In this document: positions 47,590 to 55,649 of the stretch, piece after piece
Numbering within the stretch: position 1 is the first letter of the stretch
How the letters are laid out: each line of letters starts with the position of its first letter
NCBI GenBank assembly: GCA_028289285.1
Contig: JANQRF010000007.1
Location: forward strand, 127,696 to 191,695
Source: Alphaproteobacteria bacterium
GTDB taxonomy: Bacteria > Pseudomonadota > Alphaproteobacteria > Micavibrionales > Micavibrionaceae
Length of the DNA stretch: 64,000 nucleotides
Direction: 5' to 3'
Program-made: the position numbers and the translations under genes
The notes under the pieces: model-generated
The model's database searches: none
Told to the model about the DNA's origin: nothing
Seen by the model: the letters and a program-made list of their open reading frames with translations, nothing else

Positions 47590-48866
47590 TAGGAGATCTC
47601 CTTTTTCTCAAAAAATTTCTGGCTTTCGGCGTGTATGGCTACTTGTCCGGTTTCTTTTTGCCAGCGCTCAATAGTGATATCGATATAAGCTGGATCAAGC
47701 TCAATAAGCCTGGCCTGCCGGTTTGTTTTTTCAGCAGCTAGAAGGGCACTACCGCTTCCGCCAAAGCAATCCAGAACAACATCGTTCTGATTGGTGCAGT
47801 CCAAAATAGCATCTGCTATTAAAGAGACAGGCTTAACAGTAGGGTGATAGGATAAGAGCTCTGGTTTTCCATTAACGCCGTCATAGTCCCATACATTGGT
47901 GCGATATCGGCCATGTTTCCCAAGTTCAACATTATTAATGTGCTTAAGGGCACCCTTTTTGTATATGAAAATAAGCTCATGTTTGGAGCGATAAAGAGAC
48001 CCCATACCACCATTGTTTTTGTTCCAAATACACAGATTTTTAAGCTCGTCATAGTATTTATTACCTGCGGCAAGTATCTCTTCCATATGTCGCCAGTCCA
48101 TGCAGATATAATGCAAAGACCCATCAAGGCTGTGTTGGCTTAAATGCCTAAATATTGTCTCAAGAAAGTCAGTAAACTCTTCTTTGCTCATTTCACCGCT
48201 GGCCATAGCAAACTCTCTATGTTGAGTCCTTCCTTTCCCACAGACATGACCTTTAACAGGCACATTGTAGGGAGGGTCAGTGAAAACCATTCGTACTTTT
48301 TCCTGATTAAGCAAAAGTCTGAAAGACTCAGGCGATAAAGAATCGCCGCAATAAATTTGGTGATTCCCGAGGATCCACAAATCGCCTTTTTGTGTAACTG
48401 GACTTTGAGAAGGAACAGAAAGGTATTGGTCTTCTTCTTTACTATTTTTCTGATCTTCCAAAATGATCATATCTATCTCGGGCATTTCGAAACCGGTTAA
48501 ATCTATCGAAACCTCATCCTGGATATCTAATAAATGCTGAAGCTCTATGCTTAGAATGTCATTATCCCAGCCTGCTTTTTCAGCAAGTTTGTTGTCGGCC
48601 AGAATATAGGCGCGCTTTTCATTTTCACTCAGGTGATTAATACGGCGTACAGGGATAGCATCTATGCCCAGTTTGATGGCAGCCATAACACGCCCGTGAC
48701 CAGCAATAATCATATTTTCCTGGTCAATCAAAACAGGGTTAACAAAGCCAAATCGCTCAATACTGTTGGCAATTTGGGCAATTTGCCGCTTGCTATGAAT
48801 GCGTGCGTTGTTTTTATAAGGAATTAAATTTTCAGGGTCTGCATATTCCAAATTTTCGACGTCCAT
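47589..48866 (-). CDS. ParB-like N-terminal domain fused to DNA methyltransferase (N6A/N4C, DPPY type)
   Basis: A ParB/Srx-like domain (NPVLIDQENMIIAGHGRVMAA), catalytic FTDPPYNV and the SAM motif VLDCFGGSGSALLAAE are present. SD AAGGAG precedes the ATG. Confidence 0.85.
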   Translation of the reverse strand: MDVENLEYADPENLIPYKNNARIHSKRQIAQIANSIERFGFVNPVLIDQENMIIAGHGRVMAAIKLGIDAIPVRRINHLSENEKRAYILADNKLAEKAGWDNDILSIELQHLLDIQDEVSIDLTGFEMPEIDMIILEDQKNSKEEDQYLSVPSQSPVTQKGDLWILGNHQIYCGDSLSPESFRLLLNQEKVRMVFTDPPYNVPVKGHVCGKGRTQHREFAMASGEMSKEEFTDFLETIFRHLSQHSLDGSLHYICMDWRHMEEILAAGNKYYDELKNLCIWNKNNGGMGSLYRSKHELIFIYKKGALKHINNVELGKHGRYRTNVWDYDGVNGKPELLSYHPTVKPVSLIADAILDCTNQNDVVLDCFGGSGSALLAAEKTNRQARLIELDPAYIDITIERWQKETGQVAIHAESQKFFEKKEIS

Positions 48867-48949
48867 AGTTTCTCCTTTTGTTTGAGAGAATCATTATGGA
48901 TCAGGTCGAATTGTGGATGCAGAGCACACACAATCTGGACTTAAATTTT

Positions 48950-49612
48950 TTAACTTTTCTTTTCGATTGTTCTAAGATGTTGATAAATCTTGTTTTCTGT
49001 TACTTCTATGTCGTCATATATTTTGTTTTGTATTTTAGAAAAAATAATTTGAGCACGTTTTTCCCGGTTCATATTAGGATCTAAGGTGCTGTTAATATCT
49101 GTAATGTCTCTTTTAAGTTTATCGTATTTTGAAGCTCTGGATTTTCCACCTGCTACTGGTGCATCTTTATGTTTTTTGAATTTGGGCTCTACTTTGTAAG
49201 ATAGTTCTAGCATTAGACTAAGCTTCCCTAAATCTAGAAGCACTGTTGGGTGACCTCCAAGGTCCTGGCCCTCAATTTCGCATAATTTATACAGTATAGA
49301 ACGTGCTCTCCGGGCTTTAGGCGCCATGCGATCAATCACATCAGATAATACTTCTCCCTCATTTTTTGTGCTGAGAAGCTGTCTATCTATATCATGTAGA
49401 TGGCTAATGTTTTTATATCCTTCCTCTTCTAATGCCTTGCAAGCTCTAGACTCGATATTCAATAAGCGTGCTTTTATGTCGTATTGATAGTTAAACAGAT
49501 TTGAGGCCTTTTCGCATAGATCCCAAAATGTCTGTTCATCCTCATCGATAGAGCAACTTAAAGAATGTCTTTCAAATATACCGCTATCAGTTATTTTCTC
49601 GCTTTTTCTCAT
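48950..49612 (-). CDS. hypothetical protein (220 aa, mostly helical)
   Basis: An ORF with AAGGA 9-10 nt upstream of its ATG. It overlaps the end of the upstream zinc-ribbon gene by 26 nt, suggesting an operon. No family was recognised. Confidence 0.45.
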   Translation of the reverse strand: MRKSEKITDSGIFERHSLSCSIDEDEQTFWDLCEKASNLFNYQYDIKARLLNIESRACKALEEEGYKNISHLHDIDRQLLSTKNEGEVLSDVIDRMAPKARRARSILYKLCEIEGQDLGGHPTVLLDLGKLSLMLELSYKVEPKFKKHKDAPVAGGKSRASKYDKLKRDITDINSTLDPNMNREKRAQIIFSKIQNKIYDDIEVTENKIYQHLRTIEKKS

Positions 49613-50144
49613 TTTTTAAATCCTTGTGATAAATTCTTTGACCAGACCTTGTTGTGAAGGATATTTTGCATTTTGAAATCGCAGGATTTCTTCTGCTCAT
49701 AATTTTAAAAGGAGAGGTTTGATTTGGTAATAGAGGGCTATACTCAATAAGCCCATCATCAGATTTTACAAAGCTTCCGTCATCTTTTCTAAAATTACCA
49801 ACAACTCTCAAATTCTTTAAGGGCGTATCCGCAATATTTTTTACTTCTCCTTCAATAATCATATAGCCATGGTCCTCATAGCACGACCAGGATGCAACTT
49901 CTAAAAGTTGTGTATATGGTGTGTTCTGTGGATTAATTTTTTTCTGTTCAGGCTGGGATTGAGTCTGAACATTTTGGCTAGTCTCAGGCGGCTCTGTAAA
50001 TTTTCCTAGAGCGATAACGCCTAAAATGAACAGTACAAATATAAGGGGAAGAGACAGCTTTTTAGGTTTAGCCCCGCAATTCAGACAGGACTTTGCATTC
50101 TTGCTAATTTCATGATCGCATTCTTTACATTTCACTAAAGCCAT
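49587..50144 (-). CDS. zinc-ribbon / single-TM / FxLYD-like domain protein
   Basis: An N-terminal CKECDHEISKNAKSCLNCG zinc ribbon and a TM helix (LSLPLIFVLFILGVIALG) are present. The C-terminal beta-rich domain resembles FxLYD-domain proteins as remembered. SD AAGGAG lies 8 nt before the ATG. Confidence 0.6.
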   Translation of the reverse strand: MALVKCKECDHEISKNAKSCLNCGAKPKKLSLPLIFVLFILGVIALGKFTEPPETSQNVQTQSQPEQKKINPQNTPYTQLLEVASWSCYEDHGYMIIEGEVKNIADTPLKNLRVVGNFRKDDGSFVKSDDGLIEYSPLLPNQTSPFKIMSRRNPAISKCKISFTTRSGQRIYHKDLKNEKKRENN

Positions 50145-50164
50145 TTCAAAACTCCTTTCGATGT

Positions 50165-50341
50165 TAAAAAGTCACCAAGATTGCTCTTGGTGACCGGGAG
50201 TTTATAAGCTGCGTTGAAACAACCGCGACGATCTTTAGCCGCGAGGCTTGGACATACATCGCCGCCTCCCGGACATAAGACCGAAAGGCGACATCATTCC
50301 GGCTGATGTCAGCCGTTCAACGCAGGGTTATAAAGCCCCGG
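50165..50341 (-). ncRNA. candidate structured RNA (leader/riboswitch-like or sRNA), unclassified
   Basis: A GC-rich block sits in an AT-rich spacer. An interrupted 22-bp closing helix (50194-50218 with 50316-50341) encloses internal hairpins at 50301-50314 and 50237-50248. Alternative pairings exist, and a terminator follows. Confidence 0.4.
50166..50194 (-). terminator. intrinsic terminator at the 3' end of the RNA candidate, 21 nt before the zinc-ribbon gene ATG
   Basis: Read on the minus strand: a 9-bp stem GUCACCAAG-AGCAAU-CUUGGUGAC followed by UUUUU. There is no T-run on the plus strand, so the element is orientation-specific. Confidence 0.6.
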
Positions 50342-50368
50342 AAAGCACAAAATTGCGCTTACACGAGT

Positions 50369-50398
50369 AAATTAGCTCGAAGTTACGATATGTATCAA
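50369..50398 (-). promoter_or_regulatory. possible sigma70-type promoter for the RNA candidate
   Basis: Minus strand reads TTGATA (50398-50393), an 18-nt spacer, then TAATTT (50374-50369). This is a weak, eye-only call. Confidence 0.25.
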
Positions 50399-50466
50399 GC
50401 TATTGTTTTATAGAAATAAAATTCATAGTTTTGTAATTCAAATACATAATCTATAAAACTATTGAG

Positions 50467-51102
50467 ATGAATGAAGCACTTATCAACTATAACTTTATGA
50501 AAGGCCGTCTGGCTGAGGCAATTATCGAGAGATTATTTGTCTCTCTTGGGATGGACGTCTACCCAGTCGGCTTTGAAGCACAATTACCTCGTTTGGCGAG
50601 GTTAAAAGCATCTGGCAAATTAAAACCAAGTGCCATTACCAAGTTTGAATACGGACCCGATTTTATTGTCTGTGATAATGATCCAAAAAATAAGGGAGAA
50701 AATGAAGCGTTTGAAGTAGAGGTTAAATTTAGATCTGGAAGTGATATCAATATATTTGAACTTCGTAAGTATGAAAGTCAGGACTTAATTTTTCTTTTTA
50801 TAAATAAAGAAAAGATCTACTGCATAGAAAACAAAGAAATAGAAAAACTGCCCAAGCACTTCATCAAAACTAAAAACGGTAAAAATATGCCAATGGTGTC
50901 TTTTGAAGATTGTATTTTACTAGAGCATCATAATAGATTCCGCTTTAATAAGAAGCAAAGAGATAAAATAAGATATTTTTCAGCGCTAATTAACGCTTCG
51001 CTGAACCATTTTAAAGAAGAATGGAAAGTGAAACAGGATCTTCTAGAATGTTTTGAAGGGGATAAAGAAAAACTCAATTCTGTTTGTGAGAGAATAGGGT
51101 AA
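50467..51102 (+). CDS. PD-(D/E)xK nuclease-fold-like protein (candidate)
   Basis: GPDFIV (D65), then 17 residues, then FEVEVK (E85-x-K87), preceded by a helix with conserved acidic residues (RLAEAIIERL). This matches the restriction-endonuclease-like core pattern. There is no recognisable DNA-binding domain. Confidence 0.5.
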   Translation: MNEALINYNFMKGRLAEAIIERLFVSLGMDVYPVGFEAQLPRLARLKASGKLKPSAITKFEYGPDFIVCDNDPKNKGENEAFEVEVKFRSGSDINIFELRKYESQDLIFLFINKEKIYCIENKEIEKLPKHFIKTKNGKNMPMVSFEDCILLEHHNRFRFNKKQRDKIRYFSALINASLNHFKEEWKVKQDLLECFEGDKEKLNSVCERIG

Positions 51103-51164
51103 GTTAGACCAAAATATTTCCATAGTAAATGTGATAATATGCCGTATGAAAATGCTAAAGTATT

Positions 51165-51536
51165 TTAAGCTGCCGCCAGTTGTCCGATCTTCTCTAAACA
51201 CGCCTGGATATCGGATTTTTCTACACACCCCGCAATGCCGGCTTCTTTGGCTTTTTCGATGCGATCGTCAGTGAAGGCTTCGCTGATGGCGAGGATGGGG
51301 GTGTTTGGGCTTTGTTCGAGGATTTTAGCAGCAATGTCAGGTGCCTCTGCATCCGGCAGATTGTAGTCACACAGCACTAAATCATGCACAGTTGGATCGA
51401 AAACCGAAAGCGCGTCTTCCGCTGTGGCCGCATGAACAAGCTGTATAGATGCATCCAGTCTTTCCGCCTGAATTTTCATCAGGGCGAACTGCGCGGCTTC
51501 ATCCTCAATATAAAGAACGGTGATTGTTTTACTCAT
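51165..51536 (-). CDS. single-domain response regulator (REC)
   Basis: VLYIEDE... with phospho-acceptor context LVLCDYNLPD. Length is 123 aa. It shares an ATGA start/stop overlap with the upstream gene. Confidence 0.85.
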   Translation of the reverse strand: MSKTITVLYIEDEAAQFALMKIQAERLDASIQLVHAATAEDALSVFDPTVHDLVLCDYNLPDAEAPDIAAKILEQSPNTPILAISEAFTDDRIEKAKEAGIAGCVEKSDIQACLEKIGQLAAA

Positions 51537-51955
51537 CCGGCAGCGGTCTTTTTATTACGCAGACCGTCCGCCCAATCCATGGTTTTCCGGATCACGGCCT
51601 CGATTTGTTCGGGTGTATTGGTGACATCCTTGACAATATAATCCAGCGCCCCTTTGCGCGCGGCTTCGGCCTGTATAGTCTGGTTTGGCTCGCCGGTTAG
51701 AATGACCGCTGGCAGGATATCGTTGCCCGCCTGCTTCTGCAGCGCTTCAAGAATTTTCATGCCGTTCATTTCCGGCAGGTAATAATCGACGAAGGTGCAA
51801 TCAATATTCTTGTCTTTGGAAAGCATGAGTGCCTCCTCACCGTCCTGCGCGGTGAAAATATCGTAATCACCTTCCCCCTGCTTGAGGAGGTTGGTGTAAA
51901 ACTCCAGATCCTCCGGGTTATCGTCAATAATCAGGATTGTCAGCTTTTTAGCCAT
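51533..51955 (-). CDS. single-domain response regulator (REC)
   Basis: ILIIDDNPEDLEF..., CTFVDYYLPEMNG and a conserved Lys region (YIVKD) are present. Length is 140 aa. The ATG directly follows the upstream TAA. Confidence 0.88.
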   Translation of the reverse strand: MAKKLTILIIDDNPEDLEFYTNLLKQGEGDYDIFTAQDGEEALMLSKDKNIDCTFVDYYLPEMNGMKILEALQKQAGNDILPAVILTGEPNQTIQAEAARKGALDYIVKDVTNTPEQIEAVIRKTMDWADGLRNKKTAAG

Positions 51956-52408
51956 TTATTTTTCCCCCTTTGGCAAGATTGCAATTTCAAACCAATATTC
52001 TTTCAAGTGCTTGATGGCCTGCATGAAGCTGTCCATATCCACAGGCTTGGCGATATAGGTGTTCGCGCCCATCCGGTAGCATTCCTCAATATCGCGCTCA
52101 TCAGACGATGTTGTCAGCACGACAACTGGAATTTCCTTAAACCTTGCATCGGCCTTGATTTTTTTCAACACCTTGCGTCCGTCTATGCCCGGCATGTTAA
52201 GGTCAAGCAGGATAATGCCCGGCTTGGGCGGATTATCATTCGCGTATTGGCCTTCGCCATAAAGATAGTCGAATGTTTCCTGCCCGTCCTCACAGCGGGC
52301 CAGCGGGTTGGCCAGGTTGGAATCACGCAGCGCGCGCTCAGTGACTTCATAATCCTCATCGCTATCCTCGACGATGAGAATAGTTTGACTGGAGGTGATA
52401 TTGCTCAT
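51956..52408 (-). CDS. single-domain response regulator (phytochrome-associated Rcp-like)
   Basis: ILIVEDSDEDYEV..., IILLDLNMPGIDG and VVVLTTSSDERD...YIAKP are present. Length is 150 aa. It shares an ATGA overlap with the bphP stop. Confidence 0.9.
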   Translation of the reverse strand: MSNITSSQTILIVEDSDEDYEVTERALRDSNLANPLARCEDGQETFDYLYGEGQYANDNPPKPGIILLDLNMPGIDGRKVLKKIKADARFKEIPVVVLTTSSDERDIEECYRMGANTYIAKPVDMDSFMQAIKHLKEYWFEIAILPKGEK

Positions 52409-55065
52409 GTTTTTTCTCCCAATTTTTCTCCGGGTAATGTGAAATAGAAAGTTGTACCTTTACCTGGCTCGGATTCCAGCCAGATGCGTCCCTGATGCCG
52501 TTCGACAATTTTTTTGACAAAAGTAAGGCCGGAGCCCGTGCCGCCACCGTAAGCCGTTGGTTTATGCAGGCGTTTAAAAATACGGAAAATCTCATCATAC
52601 ATATCTTCAGCGATGCCGATCCCGTTATCCTTGACGGTAAAAACCGGCTCTTTTTTGCGGCCTTTCTTTTCTTCGAGCCAGCCGATTTCGATGCGCTTTT
52701 CGGGACTGTCGTTATATTTCACCGCGTTGGAGATAAGGTTACGAAACAGCTCGGTCACCCGCGTCGTATCACACACGATAGTTGGTAAGGGGACCGGCAT
52801 GTCCAAATGCACATGCTCATCATCCAGCGAGGGCAAGGTATGACGAATATCTTCAATCACATCATTGAGATTTGTTTCCTGAATCGCTCTCTCACTACGC
52901 CCGATGCGGGAATAATAGAGCAAGTCGTTTATAAGTGTACTCATGCGTTTGGATAAATCCATCAGACGGCTAAGCTTTCGTTTTCCTTCATCATCCAGCT
53001 TGTCTTCATAATCGCGGATCAGAAAACTGGAAAGATTATGAATGCCGCGCAAAGGTTCTTTCAAATCATGCGAGGCAATATAAGCGAACTCGTCCAGCTC
53101 CTGATTAGAGCGCTCCAGATCTTTCGCATATTTGCGCGTCATTTGTTCGGCTTCCTTGCGTTCGCTGATATCGGTCGCAATACTGCACAGCGCATACATT
53201 TCACCTTCCGAATTATAGAGCGGGAATTTCACTGTGATCATGTGATAATTGCGCTTATCCGTAGGAAAGGTCTCTTCAAGCGTCATGGATTGGGAGGTTT
53301 TGAACACTTTCGCATCACTGCCCTGTATTTTCCTGGCAATTTTGGCAGGAAAGAGATCGCGGTCGGTCTTATGCAGGATGTCTTTCATCTCCTTGCCCAG
53401 CATATCGAGCGTGCTTTGATTGGCGAACAGATAGCGGCCCTTTTCGTCCTTCATATAGATGAAGGCGCTGCTGTTCTCCATGATGGTCTCGAGATCGGCT
53501 TCATGCTGGCGCAGCTCATCTTTGACCTTTTTTTCCAGTAGCATTTGCGCGATTTTTCCGGCAACAATCTCCTGCTCGTCTGTCCATTTGGGCGCCGTGC
53601 CGCCAACATTTTCTTTCCACAGCTCAAAAGAACCACGCGGAGTCAGGCGAAATCCGGCGCTGTCCATGGAGATTTTCTTTTCCGGCTTGCCTGCCCAGTT
53701 GATCTGGCGTGTGATTTCCTTGCGAAACCACAGAACATAATCACGCGTATCATTGCCCACAGGTACGGCCAGCATGCCACAGGCCAGCGGCAAAGCTTTA
53801 GCAGATAAATCGAGCTTTTCCCCTAAACTGATCGTTGAAAAAATTTTATCCGGATGGTTTTTATCCAGCCAGTTCAGGATTTTTTTAAGCGCGGCTTTTG
53901 GTGGTGTTTCGCCAAAACCATAAATTTCTCTATCAATGCGGCAGATCAGACTATCGGCATCCATGGCCTGTTGAAAAAGCCCATTTCTGGCCTTCAAAAC
54001 GCTGCGCAATGTTTTTTCCGGCGCCAGGGCCGCACTGATTTGTGCGAGTAAAAGTTGCTGACGCTGTGCAATATCGGATTTTTCTGATTCTTCCAACGTT
54101 GAAAGATGTGAAGAAAAAATATGTCCCGTGAGTTCAGCAGCCATGCGTGTGCGGTAGGAGATATATTTTTCTTCATTATGATGGCAAGCGACCAGCCCCC
54201 ATAATTTTTGGTTTTGAATGATTGAAACTGTCATCGACGCTCTGATTTTCATGTTATCGAGATACTGGATATGTACGGGCGAAACGCTGCGCAGTGTCGA
54301 CAGGCTGAGGTCCGTCGGGTTACCTGTCGCCGGGTTCATGGTTGGTACAATCGGCACGGGGTCATAGTGAATATCGCAGATCAGGCGCAAATAGCTTTTG
54401 GAAAAAAGTTTCCGGGCCTGCTCAGGAATGTCCGAAGCCGGGAAATGCAGGCCGAGATAAGAGGGCATATGGTCAGCCTTGCTCTCGGCAATGACGGACC
54501 CGTTCCAATTCTCATCGAATTTATAAAGTTTAACGCGGTCAATACCGGTCAGGTCACGAATTTCGTTTACAATGGTCTGGTTCAGTTTTTCAAGTGTGTC
54601 AGCCTCACGTAAATTGACGGAAAAATTCCGCAGACGATCGTAAAATTGCTGAAGATCGTCGTGCTTTTCCTCTTTTGGTGCGGGTTCCATTTCCAGGATC
54701 AAATGCCCTTCCGAACGATGTGCCACGACATCGAAGCTACGTAAAGATTGACCGGTTTTCACTGTAAAGACTGTCGATTTCACCGGTTGTAATTCACCGG
54801 AGGTAACAATTTTTTTCAACATCCTTGTCTGGGGCTCACCAATCACATCACTGATCGGGCGATCAATCAGGGCATTGACGGGCTTACCAATAAAATCATT
54901 CATATTGGCGCTGGCCTGGCGGATCGTCATGTCAGTTTCTGAAATCGCAAACAAAATGCCGTGCGGCTGAATTGCGCCGGGAATGTGGATTGGCTCTTTG
55001 GCGCAGCCCTCAAGTGCTTTCTCCAGTTCGTTTTCTGTCAGGGCGGTTTTAAGAGCGGCGGTCAT
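52405..55065 (-). CDS. bphP: bacteriophytochrome histidine kinase (PAS-GAF-PHY-PAS-HisKA-HATPase)
   Basis: An N-terminal Cys lies just before the conserved EPIHIPGAIQPHG (LEGCAKEPIHIPG). GAF motifs (SVSPVHIQYLDNM, ASMTVSI, WGLVACHH), an extra PAS, the H-box FAYIASHDLKEPLRGI and G-boxes are present. The start is at ATG 55065, in an ATGA overlap with bphO. Confidence 0.92.
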   Translation of the reverse strand: MTAALKTALTENELEKALEGCAKEPIHIPGAIQPHGILFAISETDMTIRQASANMNDFIGKPVNALIDRPISDVIGEPQTRMLKKIVTSGELQPVKSTVFTVKTGQSLRSFDVVAHRSEGHLILEMEPAPKEEKHDDLQQFYDRLRNFSVNLREADTLEKLNQTIVNEIRDLTGIDRVKLYKFDENWNGSVIAESKADHMPSYLGLHFPASDIPEQARKLFSKSYLRLICDIHYDPVPIVPTMNPATGNPTDLSLSTLRSVSPVHIQYLDNMKIRASMTVSIIQNQKLWGLVACHHNEEKYISYRTRMAAELTGHIFSSHLSTLEESEKSDIAQRQQLLLAQISAALAPEKTLRSVLKARNGLFQQAMDADSLICRIDREIYGFGETPPKAALKKILNWLDKNHPDKIFSTISLGEKLDLSAKALPLACGMLAVPVGNDTRDYVLWFRKEITRQINWAGKPEKKISMDSAGFRLTPRGSFELWKENVGGTAPKWTDEQEIVAGKIAQMLLEKKVKDELRQHEADLETIMENSSAFIYMKDEKGRYLFANQSTLDMLGKEMKDILHKTDRDLFPAKIARKIQGSDAKVFKTSQSMTLEETFPTDKRNYHMITVKFPLYNSEGEMYALCSIATDISERKEAEQMTRKYAKDLERSNQELDEFAYIASHDLKEPLRGIHNLSSFLIRDYEDKLDDEGKRKLSRLMDLSKRMSTLINDLLYYSRIGRSERAIQETNLNDVIEDIRHTLPSLDDEHVHLDMPVPLPTIVCDTTRVTELFRNLISNAVKYNDSPEKRIEIGWLEEKKGRKKEPVFTVKDNGIGIAEDMYDEIFRIFKRLHKPTAYGGGTGSGLTFVKKIVERHQGRIWLESEPGKGTTFYFTLPGEKLGEKT

Positions 55066-55649
55066 GTTTGCGCCCCTTGGTGGCAGTGCCACAACCATTT
55101 TTCCAGTGCAAGAAAAGTAGCCAGCGCCGTTTCAATTACGCCATCATGCCCGGCACTTTGTCTTTCAAACAGAGCGCGGAAATTTTTCCATTTTACGCCT
55201 GTCTCCTTGCCATAGGCATGGAAAAACCGTCCGCCCTTATCGGGGGAGATGTTTAAGTTTTTCCGAAGCTGTTTGGAAATTACCTGTGATCCGAGCGTTG
55301 AACCTTCCGTGACGTAATGATAGCCGAGTAAGGCACCCGCACTGCGCAAATCCGGCGGGCTAAAGCTTAGCGCAATACCGTCCAGATCAACTTCAAAATA
55401 CTGCAAATCCTGCGTGAGCCACTCTAAACGCGATGCATAGGCAAACTCTTTGATTTGCGCTTCGCATGGGACATAAAATCCGTAGAAAGCTTTAAGCACA
55501 TTTATATAATGTTCCCGCGTTAAAGTGTCTGACGTCAGGGGTTCCGTCATCGGATGCACATGTAAACGCTCATGCACCTCATATGTCGCAGCGCGCAAAG
55601 CGCCCAGCAACGTTTCATCCTGATTTTGCGTTAAAACCTGCCTGCTCAT
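55062..55649 (-). CDS. bphO: heme oxygenase (biliverdin-producing, BphO-type)
   Basis: LRAATYEVHERLH... is the heme-oxygenase helix with the proximal His. The start is at ATG 55649, with GGAGGAG 3-9 nt upstream and an ATGA overlap with the upstream RR stop. Confidence 0.85.
   Translation of the reverse strand: MSRQVLTQNQDETLLGALRAATYEVHERLHVHPMTEPLTSDTLTREHYINVLKAFYGFYVPCEAQIKEFAYASRLEWLTQDLQYFEVDLDGIALSFSPPDLRSAGALLGYHYVTEGSTLGSQVISKQLRKNLNISPDKGGRFFHAYGKETGVKWKNFRALFERQSAGHDGVIETALATFLALEKWLWHCHQGAQT

Larger units (their letters stand above)
40015..51164. mobile_element. putative integrated element / genomic island A next to tRNA-Tyr (boundaries approximate)
   Basis: The island is visibly AT-rich. 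Hand counts on single 60-nt lines gave about 38% GC inside, against 52-57% in core and phytochrome-cluster lines. It carries a serine recombinase with DUF2924, phage packaging genes and orphan genes. No att repeats were found by eye. Confidence 0.55.

Noticed and set aside
50165-50341. Retron msr/msd, group II intron fragment or IS200/605 (omega RNA) end as an explanation for the structured block
   Set aside because: No reverse transcriptase, intron-encoded protein, TnpA/TnpB or IscB gene is adjacent. No domain V-like or branch-G context was recognisable by eye. It is kept as an unclassified RNA candidate instead.
53038-53541. 167-aa plus-strand ORF inside bphP, with similar shadow ORFs in the kinase genes (for example 60766-61236, 57508-57897)
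   Set aside because: They are antisense to confidently identified sensor kinases. ORF 57508-57897 is simply the reverse reading of the 21-nt coiled-coil repeats.
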